Notes under the pieces: model-generated
What the model saw: the letters and a program-made list of their open reading frames with translations, nothing else
Told to the model about the DNA's origin: nothing
Databases searched by the model: none
Program-made: the position numbers and the translations under genes
DNA from: an uncultured Chitinophagaceae bacterium
GTDB lineage: Bacteria > Bacteroidota > Bacteroidia > Chitinophagales > Chitinophagaceae
Direction of reading: 5' to 3'
Assembly: GCA_903907815.1 (NCBI GenBank)
Contig: CAIVPM010000035.1
Span: forward strand, 3,776-67,775
Length of the DNA stretch: 64,000 bases
Shown: piece by piece, positions 56,543 to 64,000 of the stretch
Position numbering within the stretch: position 1 is the first letter of the stretch
Layout: each line of letters starts with the position of its first letter

Positions 56543-57271
56543 TTACCCTCTCTTACTTCCAGAAGCTTTTCCCAGCTGTGTAAGCAGTGCTCTTATTTCT
56601 TTAGGTACTGGCGCTTCCAGGTAATAGTCAACATCTCCAAGTCTGAATTTCAACTCAGAAGAGTGTAGACCAAGCCTTGCCAGCATAGGCTTTTCCTCCT
56701 CGTATTTTGAAGCCTTATATTTCTTCTTAAAAGACGACAACATAATAGGAGCGGGGTTGCCATACAATTCATCACATACAATGGTATGTTGAATATGTTG
56801 CATGTGTACCCTTATCTGATGCGTTCTACCCGTATGTATTCTGAATTTTAACCAGCTATATCCCTTAAAGCTTGCCAGTAATTCGTAGTCTGTGTGAGAA
56901 GGTTTTCCTTTAGCATGAATAAGCATCGTGCCTCTCTTGGCTGGGTTTTCCATAATGGAAGCTTCAACACTTCCTGACGGATTTTCCATGCTGCCATATA
57001 CCAGCCCTACATAATATTTCTCAATATCGCGACCCTCAAATAACATAGACAATTCTCTATGAGCTTCAGCAGTTTTTGCAAATACTATTACCCCGCTGGT
57101 ATCTTTATCTAAACGGTGTACCACAAACACTTTTCCCAGATGAGCCTGTAGTTGATTCTTTAAAGAATCTTCTACTCCCAATCTATCGGGAATGGATAGT
57201 AAACCCGAAGGTTTATTGATAGCTATAAAGTGTGGATTATCTTCCAGAATATCAAAGTGCTTAGTCAACAT
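56543..57271 (-). CDS. RluA-family pseudouridine synthase
   Basis: HRLDKDTSG catalytic motif, HTGRTHQIRVH. Confidence 0.85.
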   Translation of the reverse strand: MLTKHFDILEDNPHFIAINKPSGLLSIPDRLGVEDSLKNQLQAHLGKVFVVHRLDKDTSGVIVFAKTAEAHRELSMLFEGRDIEKYYVGLVYGSMENPSGSVEASIMENPAKRGTMLIHAKGKPSHTDYELLASFKGYSWLKFRIHTGRTHQIRVHMQHIQHTIVCDELYGNPAPIMLSSFKKKYKASKYEEEKPMLARLGLHSSELKFRLGDVDYYLEAPVPKEIRALLTQLGKASGSKRG

Positions 57272-58322
57272 TTTTCTCTCTCGTTTTTCTTACGTAGCTC
57301 TGGTTCATAAATTTCAACAGACGAACTTCTTTCTCATTCAGAAAACGCCAGTGACTTCTTTCTACATTCTTTTTGGTAAGGTTGCCAAACATTACTCTGT
57401 CCAGTCCTTTTACATCGTAGCCCATATGTTCAAAAATACGACGAACAATACGGTTTCTACCACTATGAATTTCAATACCAATAACCGATTTATCCTTAGG
57501 ATCCACATAGCCAATACTGTCTACATGTACCGGCCCATCTTCTAATGTAATACCTGCAGAGATTGCTTCAGCATCTGCTTTCAACAATGGTTTGTCCAGT
57601 TTTACTTCGTATATTTTCTTTACCTCAAATGATGGGTGCGTAAGCTTTTGGGTAAGCTCTCCATCATTAGTCAACAATAAAACACCCGTAGTATTTCTAT
57701 CCAGACGTCCTACCGAAAACACTCTTTCCGGAGTGGCTCCTTTTATCAATTCAAATACTGTTTTACGACCTTGAGGATCTTTAGCAGTAGTAATAAAATC
57801 TTTTGGTTTGTTTAGCAGAATATATACCATGTTCTTCTGACTGAACAATGTTTTGCCATGGTATTTCACTACCTCTTTACCGGTTACTTTAAAGCCCGGT
57901 TCGGTAATTACAACGTTATCTACCATAACATTGCCAAGCTTTATAATATCTGCAGCTTCTCTTCTTCCACATACGCCGGAATGAGCCAGATATTTGTTCA
58001 GTGGCATTATTTGTGCAGCATTGGCAGCAGCTCTTTTCTCTATAGAAATGCCTTCTCTGCCTACTTTATCATTCTTGTCAAAATGGAGTTTCTTTCTACC
58101 ACCCGGTCCTTTTACAGGAGGGCCGTAACTTCTTTTTACTTTCTCTTCTTCAGGAGGTTTAACGTATGTGCCCATGCGTTTTTCGTACAACTCTTTTCTT
58201 CTTCTATCACCCTCAGCGCGGGCTTCTTTTTTCATCTTCTTTTTATCCTGGCGGATAGCTTCTTTCTTGGCAGCGCCCTTAGGCCTGTTATCCATAAATT
58301 TTCCAAATGGACTCGTACTCAT
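57261..58322 (-). CDS. RsuA/RluB-family pseudouridine synthase with Lys/Arg-rich N-terminal extension and S4 domain
   Basis: S4 motif LNKYLAHSGVCGRREA, catalytic GRLDRNTTG, about 95 aa of basic low-complexity N-terminus. Overlaps the downstream rluA-like gene by 11 nt. Confidence 0.85.
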   Translation of the reverse strand: MSTSPFGKFMDNRPKGAAKKEAIRQDKKKMKKEARAEGDRRRKELYEKRMGTYVKPPEEEKVKRSYGPPVKGPGGRKKLHFDKNDKVGREGISIEKRAAANAAQIMPLNKYLAHSGVCGRREAADIIKLGNVMVDNVVITEPGFKVTGKEVVKYHGKTLFSQKNMVYILLNKPKDFITTAKDPQGRKTVFELIKGATPERVFSVGRLDRNTTGVLLLTNDGELTQKLTHPSFEVKKIYEVKLDKPLLKADAEAISAGITLEDGPVHVDSIGYVDPKDKSVIGIEIHSGRNRIVRRIFEHMGYDVKGLDRVMFGNLTKKNVERSHWRFLNEKEVRLLKFMNQSYVRKTREKNVD

Positions 58323-58372
58323 ATACTAATTATTTAATGCTGTTTTTACAACAGGTGAGCGGCGAAAGTAGT

Positions 58373-59062
58373 TTATTTTATTTTAATGCCTATTCTCATG
58401 CCAAAAGTCAAGCTTACTTTCCATCCATTATTCTCGGTTAAATTAGCTTTCTCTACTGGCGACATTACATAATCTACGGTTATATATAAGCTATCGGTAG
58501 CACTATTGTATTCTCTGTTATGGTTTACAGAAGTTCTATTCATTATACCTAATCCAACATAACTATCAATTACAATGCCCGGTGTTATCCTTCCCTGATA
58601 TCCAAGCACCACATTGCTTCCATATATATTTCTGGAAGCCCACAAACAATCCTTTTTAGTATTCCCTCCATTGGAATTGGGGTAATAACTAAGCTCCAGA
58701 TTATTCTCATTGGAACGATAAAAGAAATTAATTCCCAGATACCCTCCGGTAAGCGTATTTATTTTCCGAACGTCATTCGTAAACAAATGATAAAACCTAC
58801 ACTCAATGTTTGCCTTATATCCATTAGGTGTAATAAAAGCAGTATCTACTTTTCTTACACCATAAAACTGATACCCAAATTCTCCAGCAATGGATACATT
58901 ATGAGCAACCCTCTTTTCGGCAGAAATATTAATGGTAGGAAAAGAAAAAGCATCTATAGGAGAAGTAAGGTTTGTTTTAATTATAAAGCTATTCGGTTTT
59001 ACATACTCCTGCGATATTCCCATCAGCGGCAAAAGAAATAAAACTATGTATAAAGGTTTCAT
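58373..59062 (-). CDS. putative outer-membrane beta-barrel protein (hypothetical)
   Basis: Signal peptide MKPLYIVLFLLPLMGISQ and aromatic-rich alternating strands. Ends ...GIKIK. Confidence 0.4.
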   Translation of the reverse strand: MKPLYIVLFLLPLMGISQEYVKPNSFIIKTNLTSPIDAFSFPTINISAEKRVAHNVSIAGEFGYQFYGVRKVDTAFITPNGYKANIECRFYHLFTNDVRKINTLTGGYLGINFFYRSNENNLELSYYPNSNGGNTKKDCLWASRNIYGSNVVLGYQGRITPGIVIDSYVGLGIMNRTSVNHNREYNSATDSLYITVDYVMSPVEKANLTENNGWKVSLTFGMRIGIKIK

Positions 59063-59160
59063 ATAACTAAACTAGCTGCAAAAATAGCGTTTGTTATAGA
59101 ATTAATATAGCGTAATTTTTTGCTTATATAAAAGAGTTATACTCTTTAGCGCAAATAGAA

Positions 59161-59194
59161 AAAGGGCACAGAACCATCAAGTTCCATGCCCTTT
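59161..59194 (-). terminator. intrinsic terminator candidate downstream of fumC
   Basis: AAAGGGCA-CA-GAAC-CATCAA-GTTC-CA-TGCCCTTT extended hairpin. On the minus strand it is followed by TTTTCTATTT. Confidence 0.5.
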
Positions 59195-59241
59195 GTATTT
59201 GTATTCTCCTTACTCCTATCTCCTCACTCCTGTCTCCTCTA
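59193..59241. repeat. mosaic intergenic repeat module abutting the fumC stop
   Basis: TTGTATTTGTATTCTCCTTACTCCTATCTCCTCACTCCTGTCTCCTCT. Same word type as 5147-5174 and, in reverse, 63945-63975. Confidence 0.8.
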
Positions 59242-60645
59242 TTACAGCTTCAACTCACCCACCATGTTTCCTGGTACTACCCATTCGTCAAATTGTTCCG
59301 GGGTAACATAGCCAAGCGCAACAGCAGTCTCTTTTAAAGTACTACCATTCTTATGAGCTGTCTGTGCAATTTCAGCAGCTTTATAATAACCAATCTTGGT
59401 ATTTAAAGCCGTTACCAGCATCAGACTATTGTTTACGTGTTTATTGATATTATCTACCAATGGCGCTAAACCAATAGCACATTTATCGTTGAAAGATACA
59501 CAACCTTCGCCTATCAGTCTTGCACTGTGCAGGAAGTTGAAGATCATTACTGGTTTAAATACATTCAGTTCAAAATGACCTGTAGCGCCACCAATATTTA
59601 TAGCCACATCGTTGCCCATAACCTGAGCAGCAATCATGGTTAAAGCTTCGCACTGTGTAGGATTTACTTTACCTGGCATGATAGAAGAACCTGGCTCATT
59701 ATCTGGAATAAATATTTCGCCAATACCACTACGAGGGCCAGAAGAAAGCATACGAACGTCGTTGGCAATCTTCATTAAACTAACAGCAACAGTCTTTAAA
59801 GCACCATGCGATTCTACAATAGCATCGTGAGCAGCTAATGCTTCAAACTTGTTTTCAGCAGTTACAAAAGGAAGACCAGTAAGTTGCGCAATATGTTTAG
59901 CAACCACTACATCATAGCCTTTAGGTGTGTTGATACCTGTACCAACGGCTGTACCACCCAAAGCAAGTTCGCTAAGGTGTTCCAAAGTATTCTTGATAGC
60001 CTTTAAGCCATGGTTTAACTGCGATACATAACCACTGAATTCCTGTCCTACGGTAATAGGAGTAGCATCCATAAAGTGAGTACGACCAATTTTTACCACC
60101 TGCATATATTCTTTGCTCTTGGCAGCAAGGGTATCTCTAAGTTTTTCTATTCCAGGAATAGTTACTTCTGTCAGTATTTTATAAGCTGCAATGTGCATTG
60201 CTGTAGGGAAAGTATCATTGCTGGATTGCGATTTGTTTACATCATCATTAGGATGAATAAACTTGTCTTTATCAGTCAAAGCACCACCATTTATTACATG
60301 CGCACGGTAAGCAACCACTTCATTTACGTTCATATTGCTTTGGGTACCGCTACCAGTTTGCCATACTACTAAAGGAAACTGATCATCGAGCTTTCTGTCC
60401 AGTATTTCGTCGCAAACATTGCCAATAGCCTTTGTCTTTTCGTCCGACAATACGCCTAATTCATTGTTGGCCAGAGCAGCTGCCTTTTTCAGATAAGCAA
60501 ACGCTTCAATAATCTGTTTAGGCATCTTATTGATGTCCTGTGCAATTTTGAAGTTCTCGATACTACGTTGGGTTTGTGCACCCCAATAAACATGAGAAGG
60601 TACCTTTACCTCACCCATAGTGTCTTTTTCTATCCTGAATTCCAT
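59242..60645 (-). CDS. fumC: class II fumarate hydratase
   Basis: [11 protein letters not shown] signature, [16 protein letters not shown] start, 467 aa. Confidence 0.95.
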   Translation of the reverse strand: MEFRIEKDTMGEVKVPSHVYWGAQTQRSIENFKIAQDINKMPKQIIEAFAYLKKAAALANNELGVLSDEKTKAIGNVCDEILDRKLDDQFPLVVWQTGSGTQSNMNVNEVVAYRAHVINGGALTDKDKFIHPNDDVNKSQSSNDTFPTAMHIAAYKILTEVTIPGIEKLRDTLAAKSKEYMQVVKIGRTHFMDATPITVGQEFSGYVSQLNHGLKAIKNTLEHLSELALGGTAVGTGINTPKGYDVVVAKHIAQLTGLPFVTAENKFEALAAHDAIVESHGALKTVAVSLMKIANDVRMLSSGPRSGIGEIFIPDNEPGSSIMPGKVNPTQCEALTMIAAQVMGNDVAINIGGATGHFELNVFKPVMIFNFLHSARLIGEGCVSFNDKCAIGLAPLVDNINKHVNNSLMLVTALNTKIGYYKAAEIAQTAHKNGSTLKETAVALGYVTPEQFDEWVVPGNMVGELKL

Positions 60646-60786
60646 AAATTATTTTTTAGTGCCGCAAAAGTATAGCAGATTATGTAGCAGAAAAATGATA
60701 TTAAGCAGTTTTTATACTCAAACGATTTAGAAAAGCAGCCTTTATGGAATTTACTATTCAATTCATCTCTATTAAAACGAATTACC

Positions 60787-61296
60787 ATGGCAGAAATCAG
60801 CAGCAATAATGCAGCAAAAGGAAAGCATAAAAGAAAAGTCCTTTCTACCAGGGTCGACCTTACCCCAATGGTCGACCTTGGTTTTCTACTCATCACCTTT
60901 TTCATTATCACCACCACCTTGTCTCAGCAGCATGCTATGAAACTGAATCTACCGGTAGATGGTTCCCCTACTACCACCGCTGTTAGTAAAACAGTAACGC
61001 TGATATTAAAGGATAATAATAGCGTAGACTATTACAACGGCAACGAGGTAGACAAGGTTGCTACCATTTCCTTTAAGGATAATGGCCTGAGAAATATGTT
61101 GATGAATAAAAAGAAAGCCATCAAACAATCCTGCGGTTCCGATACGGGCACCACCGTTATCATCAAGCCTACCAGCCTGTCTACTTACAACAATGTGGTA
61201 GCCGCGCTAAACGAGATGCCGGTAAATAACATAAGGAAATATGTACTCACCGATCTTACCAAAGAAGAAGTAAAGCTGCATCCGGAGTATCAGTAA
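60787..61296 (+). CDS. exbD: ExbD/TolR-family biopolymer transport protein
   Basis: VDLTPMVDLGFLLITFFI TM segment and a periplasmic domain. Confidence 0.8.
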   Translation: MAEISSNNAAKGKHKRKVLSTRVDLTPMVDLGFLLITFFIITTTLSQQHAMKLNLPVDGSPTTTAVSKTVTLILKDNNSVDYYNGNEVDKVATISFKDNGLRNMLMNKKKAIKQSCGSDTGTTVIIKPTSLSTYNNVVAALNEMPVNNIRKYVLTDLTKEEVKLHPEYQ

Positions 61297-61500
61297 TTAA
61301 CGGATTAGCGGATTGGCGGATTGGCGAATTAATACAGCTTAACGCTAATACAAATACAATCACCGCAGAGAAAAGAGGGAAGGAGAAACTGGTAATCTGA
61401 AACGGGCAATCCATCAAGTAGCTTATTTATTATTGTATTGGTATTCATTAGCACATCAGCTAATTAGCACATTAGCTAATTACTGCATTTTCCCTTTACT
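61297..61500. repeat. two mosaic repeat modules facing away from each other
   Basis: CGGATTAGCGGATTGGCGGATTGGCGAATTAATACAG...AATACAAATACA (core 61347-61358) + CACCGCAGAGAA. Then TGTATTGGTATTCATTAGCACATCAGCTAATTAGCACATTAGCTAATTAC (61434-61486). Confidence 0.85.
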
Positions 61501-61521
61501 TTGCAGCCCTAAAAATGGAGT

Positions 61522-61938
61522 ATGGAATATAGCAAATTAATATCAGTAGTTGGCATGCCAGGATTGTTCGAGTTTGTGGCTAGTAAAACCGATGGCGCCA
61601 TCGTTCGTTCTTTGGATGATAAACAAACTAAGTTTGTAAGCAACCGTCAACATCAGTTTACGCAGGTGGTGAATATTGAAGTGTTTACCCAAAGAGAAAA
61701 TGTAAATCTTATCGAGGTGTTTCAGGCAATGAAGGCAAGTGTTGAGGTAGTTCCTTCCGAGAAAGATCCTAAAGCAGTAAAAGCATATTTCGAGAAAGTA
61801 TACCCTACCATGGATTTCGATAGAGTATATGCCAGCGATATGAAGAAGATGGTAAAGTGGTTTGTACAGTTACAGGCTGCCGAAATATCTTTAGATATTC
61901 CTACCGAAGAAGAAGTTGCTACTAAAGAAGCAGAATAA
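61522..61938 (+). CDS. DUF5606-like protein
   Basis: N-terminus KLISVVGMPGLFEFVASKTDGAIVRSLDD, typical of this Bacteroidota family as recalled. Confidence 0.5.
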   Translation: MEYSKLISVVGMPGLFEFVASKTDGAIVRSLDDKQTKFVSNRQHQFTQVVNIEVFTQRENVNLIEVFQAMKASVEVVPSEKDPKAVKAYFEKVYPTMDFDRVYASDMKKMVKWFVQLQAAEISLDIPTEEEVATKEAE

Positions 61939-61965
61939 TTTATTGAGTTTTAAGGTATAATAAAA

Positions 61966-61996
61966 GCCCCTGTAAGTTGTCTTACAGGGGCTTTTT
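61966..61996 (+). terminator. intrinsic terminator
   Basis: GCCCCTGTAAG-TTGT-CTTACAGGGGC (11-bp stem) followed by TTTTT. Confidence 0.8.
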
Positions 61997-62061
61997 GTTT
62001 TGTATACATTACTATTATTGTAAAAGTTGTGTGTTATTGAATGTAAATGAACTAACATTTA

Positions 62062-62360
62062 GGGGGAGTAAATAGTGTTTTAATGGGAATGGTCTAAGAT
62101 TTCCTGGGAATAATCAGAGTTTGGTTGGGAATGAACTAAGTTTACTTGGGAATGATCTAAGTTTAGTTGGGGGGACATAGTGTTGGGGTGGGAATGGCAT
62201 ACGTTTTATTGTTTTGAGTGAAAGATTACTTGGGAATAATCAAAGTTTGGTTGGGAACTGTATAAGATTTATTGTCGGTAGCATGAGTTTTCCTGGGAGG
62301 CGAAAGTGTTTGATTGGGAGCGGTATAAGATTTATAATTGGGCGTGTATGATTTTTTTGA
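62062..62360. repeat. non-coding tandem array, 14 units with strict 21-bp phase (consensus GGGAATnnnnTAAGwTTnnTT)
   Basis: Unit starts at 62085, 62106, 62127, 62148, 62169, 62190, 62211, 62232, 62253, 62274, 62295 and 62316 are exactly 21 apart; the next is at 62340. No ORF of 60 aa or more. Confidence 0.9.
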
Positions 62361-62465
62361 GAAGGATATTGTTTTTAAGTTCAGCAAGTATTAAGTAATA
62401 GGTTGTAAGTATTAAGTAAACAGCCAATACAAATTCTTCATAAATAGGGACGTTATTTTGTAAAC

Positions 62466-62526
62466 CGATACAAGCGAATGGGCTTCACCCATTGCTAGTA
62501 TCGTTCGCCCTTTCAGGGCTTTTTTT
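62466..62526 (+). promoter_or_regulatory. long hairpin followed by a short GC stem and T7 run in the leader of the 62817 gene (attenuator or small-RNA 3' end candidate)
   Basis: CGATAC-A-AGC-G-AATGGG-CTTCA-CCCATT-GCT-A-GTATCG (62466-62503), then GCCCT-TTC-AGGGC (62507-62519) + TTTTTTT (62520-62526). Confidence 0.35.
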
Positions 62527-62816
62527 AAAAGCTGCGAATAATGTGCGAAAGATTTAGGAGAGCGGTATTCTGTAAATGCTTCTCTTTGCATGAGATAACC
62601 GAGAATTGAGTATTATCCTGTTGAGATAAAAGTCTGCGTGACTCTCTTGTGAAAAGTTTCTTACTCTTTATTTCTTTATTCTTCTTGTATCTTGATGAGG
62701 GTGATTAACCTTCTCATTACCTACTTAACAAGCAAGGATTGACTTATTAATTAACTTAATGGTAATTGCGAACAAGGCTGTAACAGGCTGCCGTTGCCTG
62801 CTTAAATTTTTTAGTT

Positions 62817-63683
62817 ATGACAAAGAAAGAAGGAAAGAAAGTAGACATGTACTCCTTGATAGTACTGTTTTTTTTGAAGTTTGATGGCACTATTAATGGG
62901 TTTCAGCCATTGGTAGACCAAGTGTTGCTAATGGTGGCAAAAGAGAAAGCTATTAGAAAGTTGCTGGATGAGCAAGGGTACGGTAGCAAAGGTAAAACGC
63001 TTACTAAAGCCGCATTGAGACAATTGATGATTAAAGAGCTTTTGAAACTGGTGAAAAAGGGGTATGCCTGGGCTTTGACTACAGAAGATGTAGAGATGCT
63101 AAAAACATTTGGGGTAGTGGAAAGAGATTTTAAACTGAGCCAAGACAGATTGATTGTTTTAGTAGATGAAATTTTGAAAGTACTGACCGATAATGTAGTT
63201 GTTCTTACTCCGTATAAAGTAACGCTTGTAAATATTGGTGTAGTTAAAACTATTGAGGCTGATTATGAAGCTGCGAAGGATATACCAAAGCAGAAACAAG
63301 GTCTTAAAAAGGCAATTACTACTACTTTGAAAAAGGAAATAAAAGTAGCAGATAAAATTCTGGAGATTTGTGATAATTTAATTAATGCTGAGTATGAAGA
63401 TAGTAATGCTGCTATGGTGCTGGAATATAATAATGACCGTGTGGTGGTGGATGGTGTAAACAGACATACGATTATACGTGCTCATGTATATAGTGCAGAA
63501 GACCATAGTGAAGTAATTGCGGGGGCTTTTATGGGTATTGAAAGTTTGAACAGACATGATACCACCGATATAGATGGTATGGGCGAGATAGTACAATTTA
63601 AGGGTGGTGATTTTCTATTGCATTTTAAGGCGAAGGGTTTTGTAGATATTGAGGTTCCGTTTAGTATTAAACAAGGAAAATAA
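62817..63683 (+). CDS. orphan protein, paralog of 31847-32734 (helical region + beta-sandwich truncated by TAA)
   Basis: Same layout as the 295-aa paralog. C-terminus HTIIRAHVYSAEDHSEVIAGAFMGIESL...GGDFLLHFKAKGFVDIEVPFSIKQGK stops one strand short of the domain end. Confidence 0.55.
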   Translation: MTKKEGKKVDMYSLIVLFFLKFDGTINGFQPLVDQVLLMVAKEKAIRKLLDEQGYGSKGKTLTKAALRQLMIKELLKLVKKGYAWALTTEDVEMLKTFGVVERDFKLSQDRLIVLVDEILKVLTDNVVVLTPYKVTLVNIGVVKTIEADYEAAKDIPKQKQGLKKAITTTLKKEIKVADKILEICDNLINAEYEDSNAAMVLEYNNDRVVVDGVNRHTIIRAHVYSAEDHSEVIAGAFMGIESLNRHDTTDIDGMGEIVQFKGGDFLLHFKAKGFVDIEVPFSIKQGK

Positions 63684-63695
63684 GTAGAAATAGAT

Positions 63696-63941
63696 GTGGA
63701 AATGAAGCCTAATAAAGTAACCGGCTACAGTGGACGATTAGGTAAGCCTTCGGTTGAAAACAATGTAAGTATAGTGGATACAAATTTTAATACCATGACT
63801 GATGCTTTTGGTAACTATAGTTTTGAGGGTGTACCAGAAGGAATTTGGGTAATAGAAATAAGTAACCCTAGTGGGGATAGTGATAGAAAAACTTTTACCA
63901 TGGTGATGGGACATGATTTGAAGATTGATTTTGAATTCTAA
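63696..63941 (+). CDS. carboxypeptidase-regulatory-like beta-sandwich domain ORF, in frame with the preceding gene
   Basis: VTGYSGRLGKPSVENNVSIVDTNFNTMTDAFGNYSFEGVPEGIWVIEISNPSG matches the CarboxypepD_reg pattern (TDxxGxYxFxxVPxG). GTG start, same frame as 62817-63683. Confidence 0.45.
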   Translation: MEMKPNKVTGYSGRLGKPSVENNVSIVDTNFNTMTDAFGNYSFEGVPEGIWVIEISNPSGDSDRKTFTMVMGHDLKIDFEF

Positions 63942-63944
63942 TAC

Positions 63945-64000
63945 GGGAGGTAGGAGACAGGAGTGAGGAGAATACAAAAAAATGCACTAATGAATAGATT
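63945..64000. repeat. mosaic intergenic repeat module (reverse orientation) after the stop at 63941
   Basis: GGGAGGTAGGAGACAGGAGTGAGGAGAATACAAAAAAATGCACTAATGAATAG. This is the reverse complement of the TGTATTC + TCCTCACTCCTGTCTCC and CATTAGTGC modules. Confidence 0.75.

Noticed and set aside
57858-58337. 159-aa plus-strand ORF (and 57192-57545, 117 aa) opposite the pseudouridine synthase genes
   Set aside because: It is antisense to genes with clear catalytic motifs, and its Phe/Ser-rich translation reflects the Lys/Arg-rich sense strand. The many 60-130-aa antisense ORFs inside other large genes were rejected for the same reason (2704-3045, 4543-4824, 5954-6639, 18539-19876, 20263-22337, 26436-27532, 27587-27929, 33751-35628, 38879-40199, 44959-45832, 48404-48869, 49824-50066, 51139-51342, 52328-53292, 59396-60372, 63378-63977, among others).
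60630-60917. 95-aa minus-strand ORF bridging the fumC start and the exbD start
   Set aside because: It overlaps two confident genes on both ends, so it is most likely spurious.
62062-62360. CRISPR interpretation of the four periodic arrays
   Set aside because: The units are contiguous 21-nt degenerate repeats with no alternating unique spacers. There is no leader or cas gene in the window, and the repeat length is too short. The same reasoning applies to 7692-7950, 33088-33360 and 47330-47625.

Overview
This 64-kb chromosomal window looks like a low-GC Bacteroidota genome, possibly Chitinophagaceae/Sphingobacteriia-like. That placement is an inference from three secreted enzymes with T9SS-type C-terminal sorting tails, MurF-Alr and GH3/beta-lactamase fusion genes, a TonB-dependent receptor and a LytS/LytTR pair. 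I support about 55 protein genes and one tRNA-Arg(CCG). I see no rRNA, CRISPR array, transposase, integrase or phage genes, and no canonical defence system. Most genes are housekeeping or metabolic: fumC, gatC, pyrC, hbd, YebC, PduO-type adenosyltransferase, pseudouridine synthases, and cell-wall and glycan enzymes.

Five things stand out:
1. An SLC5-type sensor kinase (2302-5001) is followed by a receiver domain fused directly to a PrpE-type acyl-CoA synthetase (5195-7486). No DNA-binding regulator is nearby, so this may be a two-component system whose output is an enzyme.
2. Four sequence-unrelated non-coding tandem arrays (7692-7950, 33088-33360, 47330-47625, 62062-62360) all keep a strict 21-bp phase, with super-periods of 63 or 105 bp. 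A separate 21-bp-spaced direct repeat lies upstream of the receptor/LytS/LytTR operon.
3. A dispersed mosaic intergenic repeat family is built around the core TGTATTTGTATTC plus runs of short words. It includes an inverted pair about 20.6 kb apart.
4. A very AT-rich three-gene island (29231-31366) encodes a secreted SH3b-like protein, a 77-aa tandem CCCH protein and a divergent UDG-fold-like protein.
5. Two paralogous orphan genes (31847-32734 and 62817-63683) each sit behind a long leader and a 21-bp array. The second is split from a further beta-sandwich domain by a single in-frame TAA.

All functional calls come from motif recognition by eye. No searches were run.
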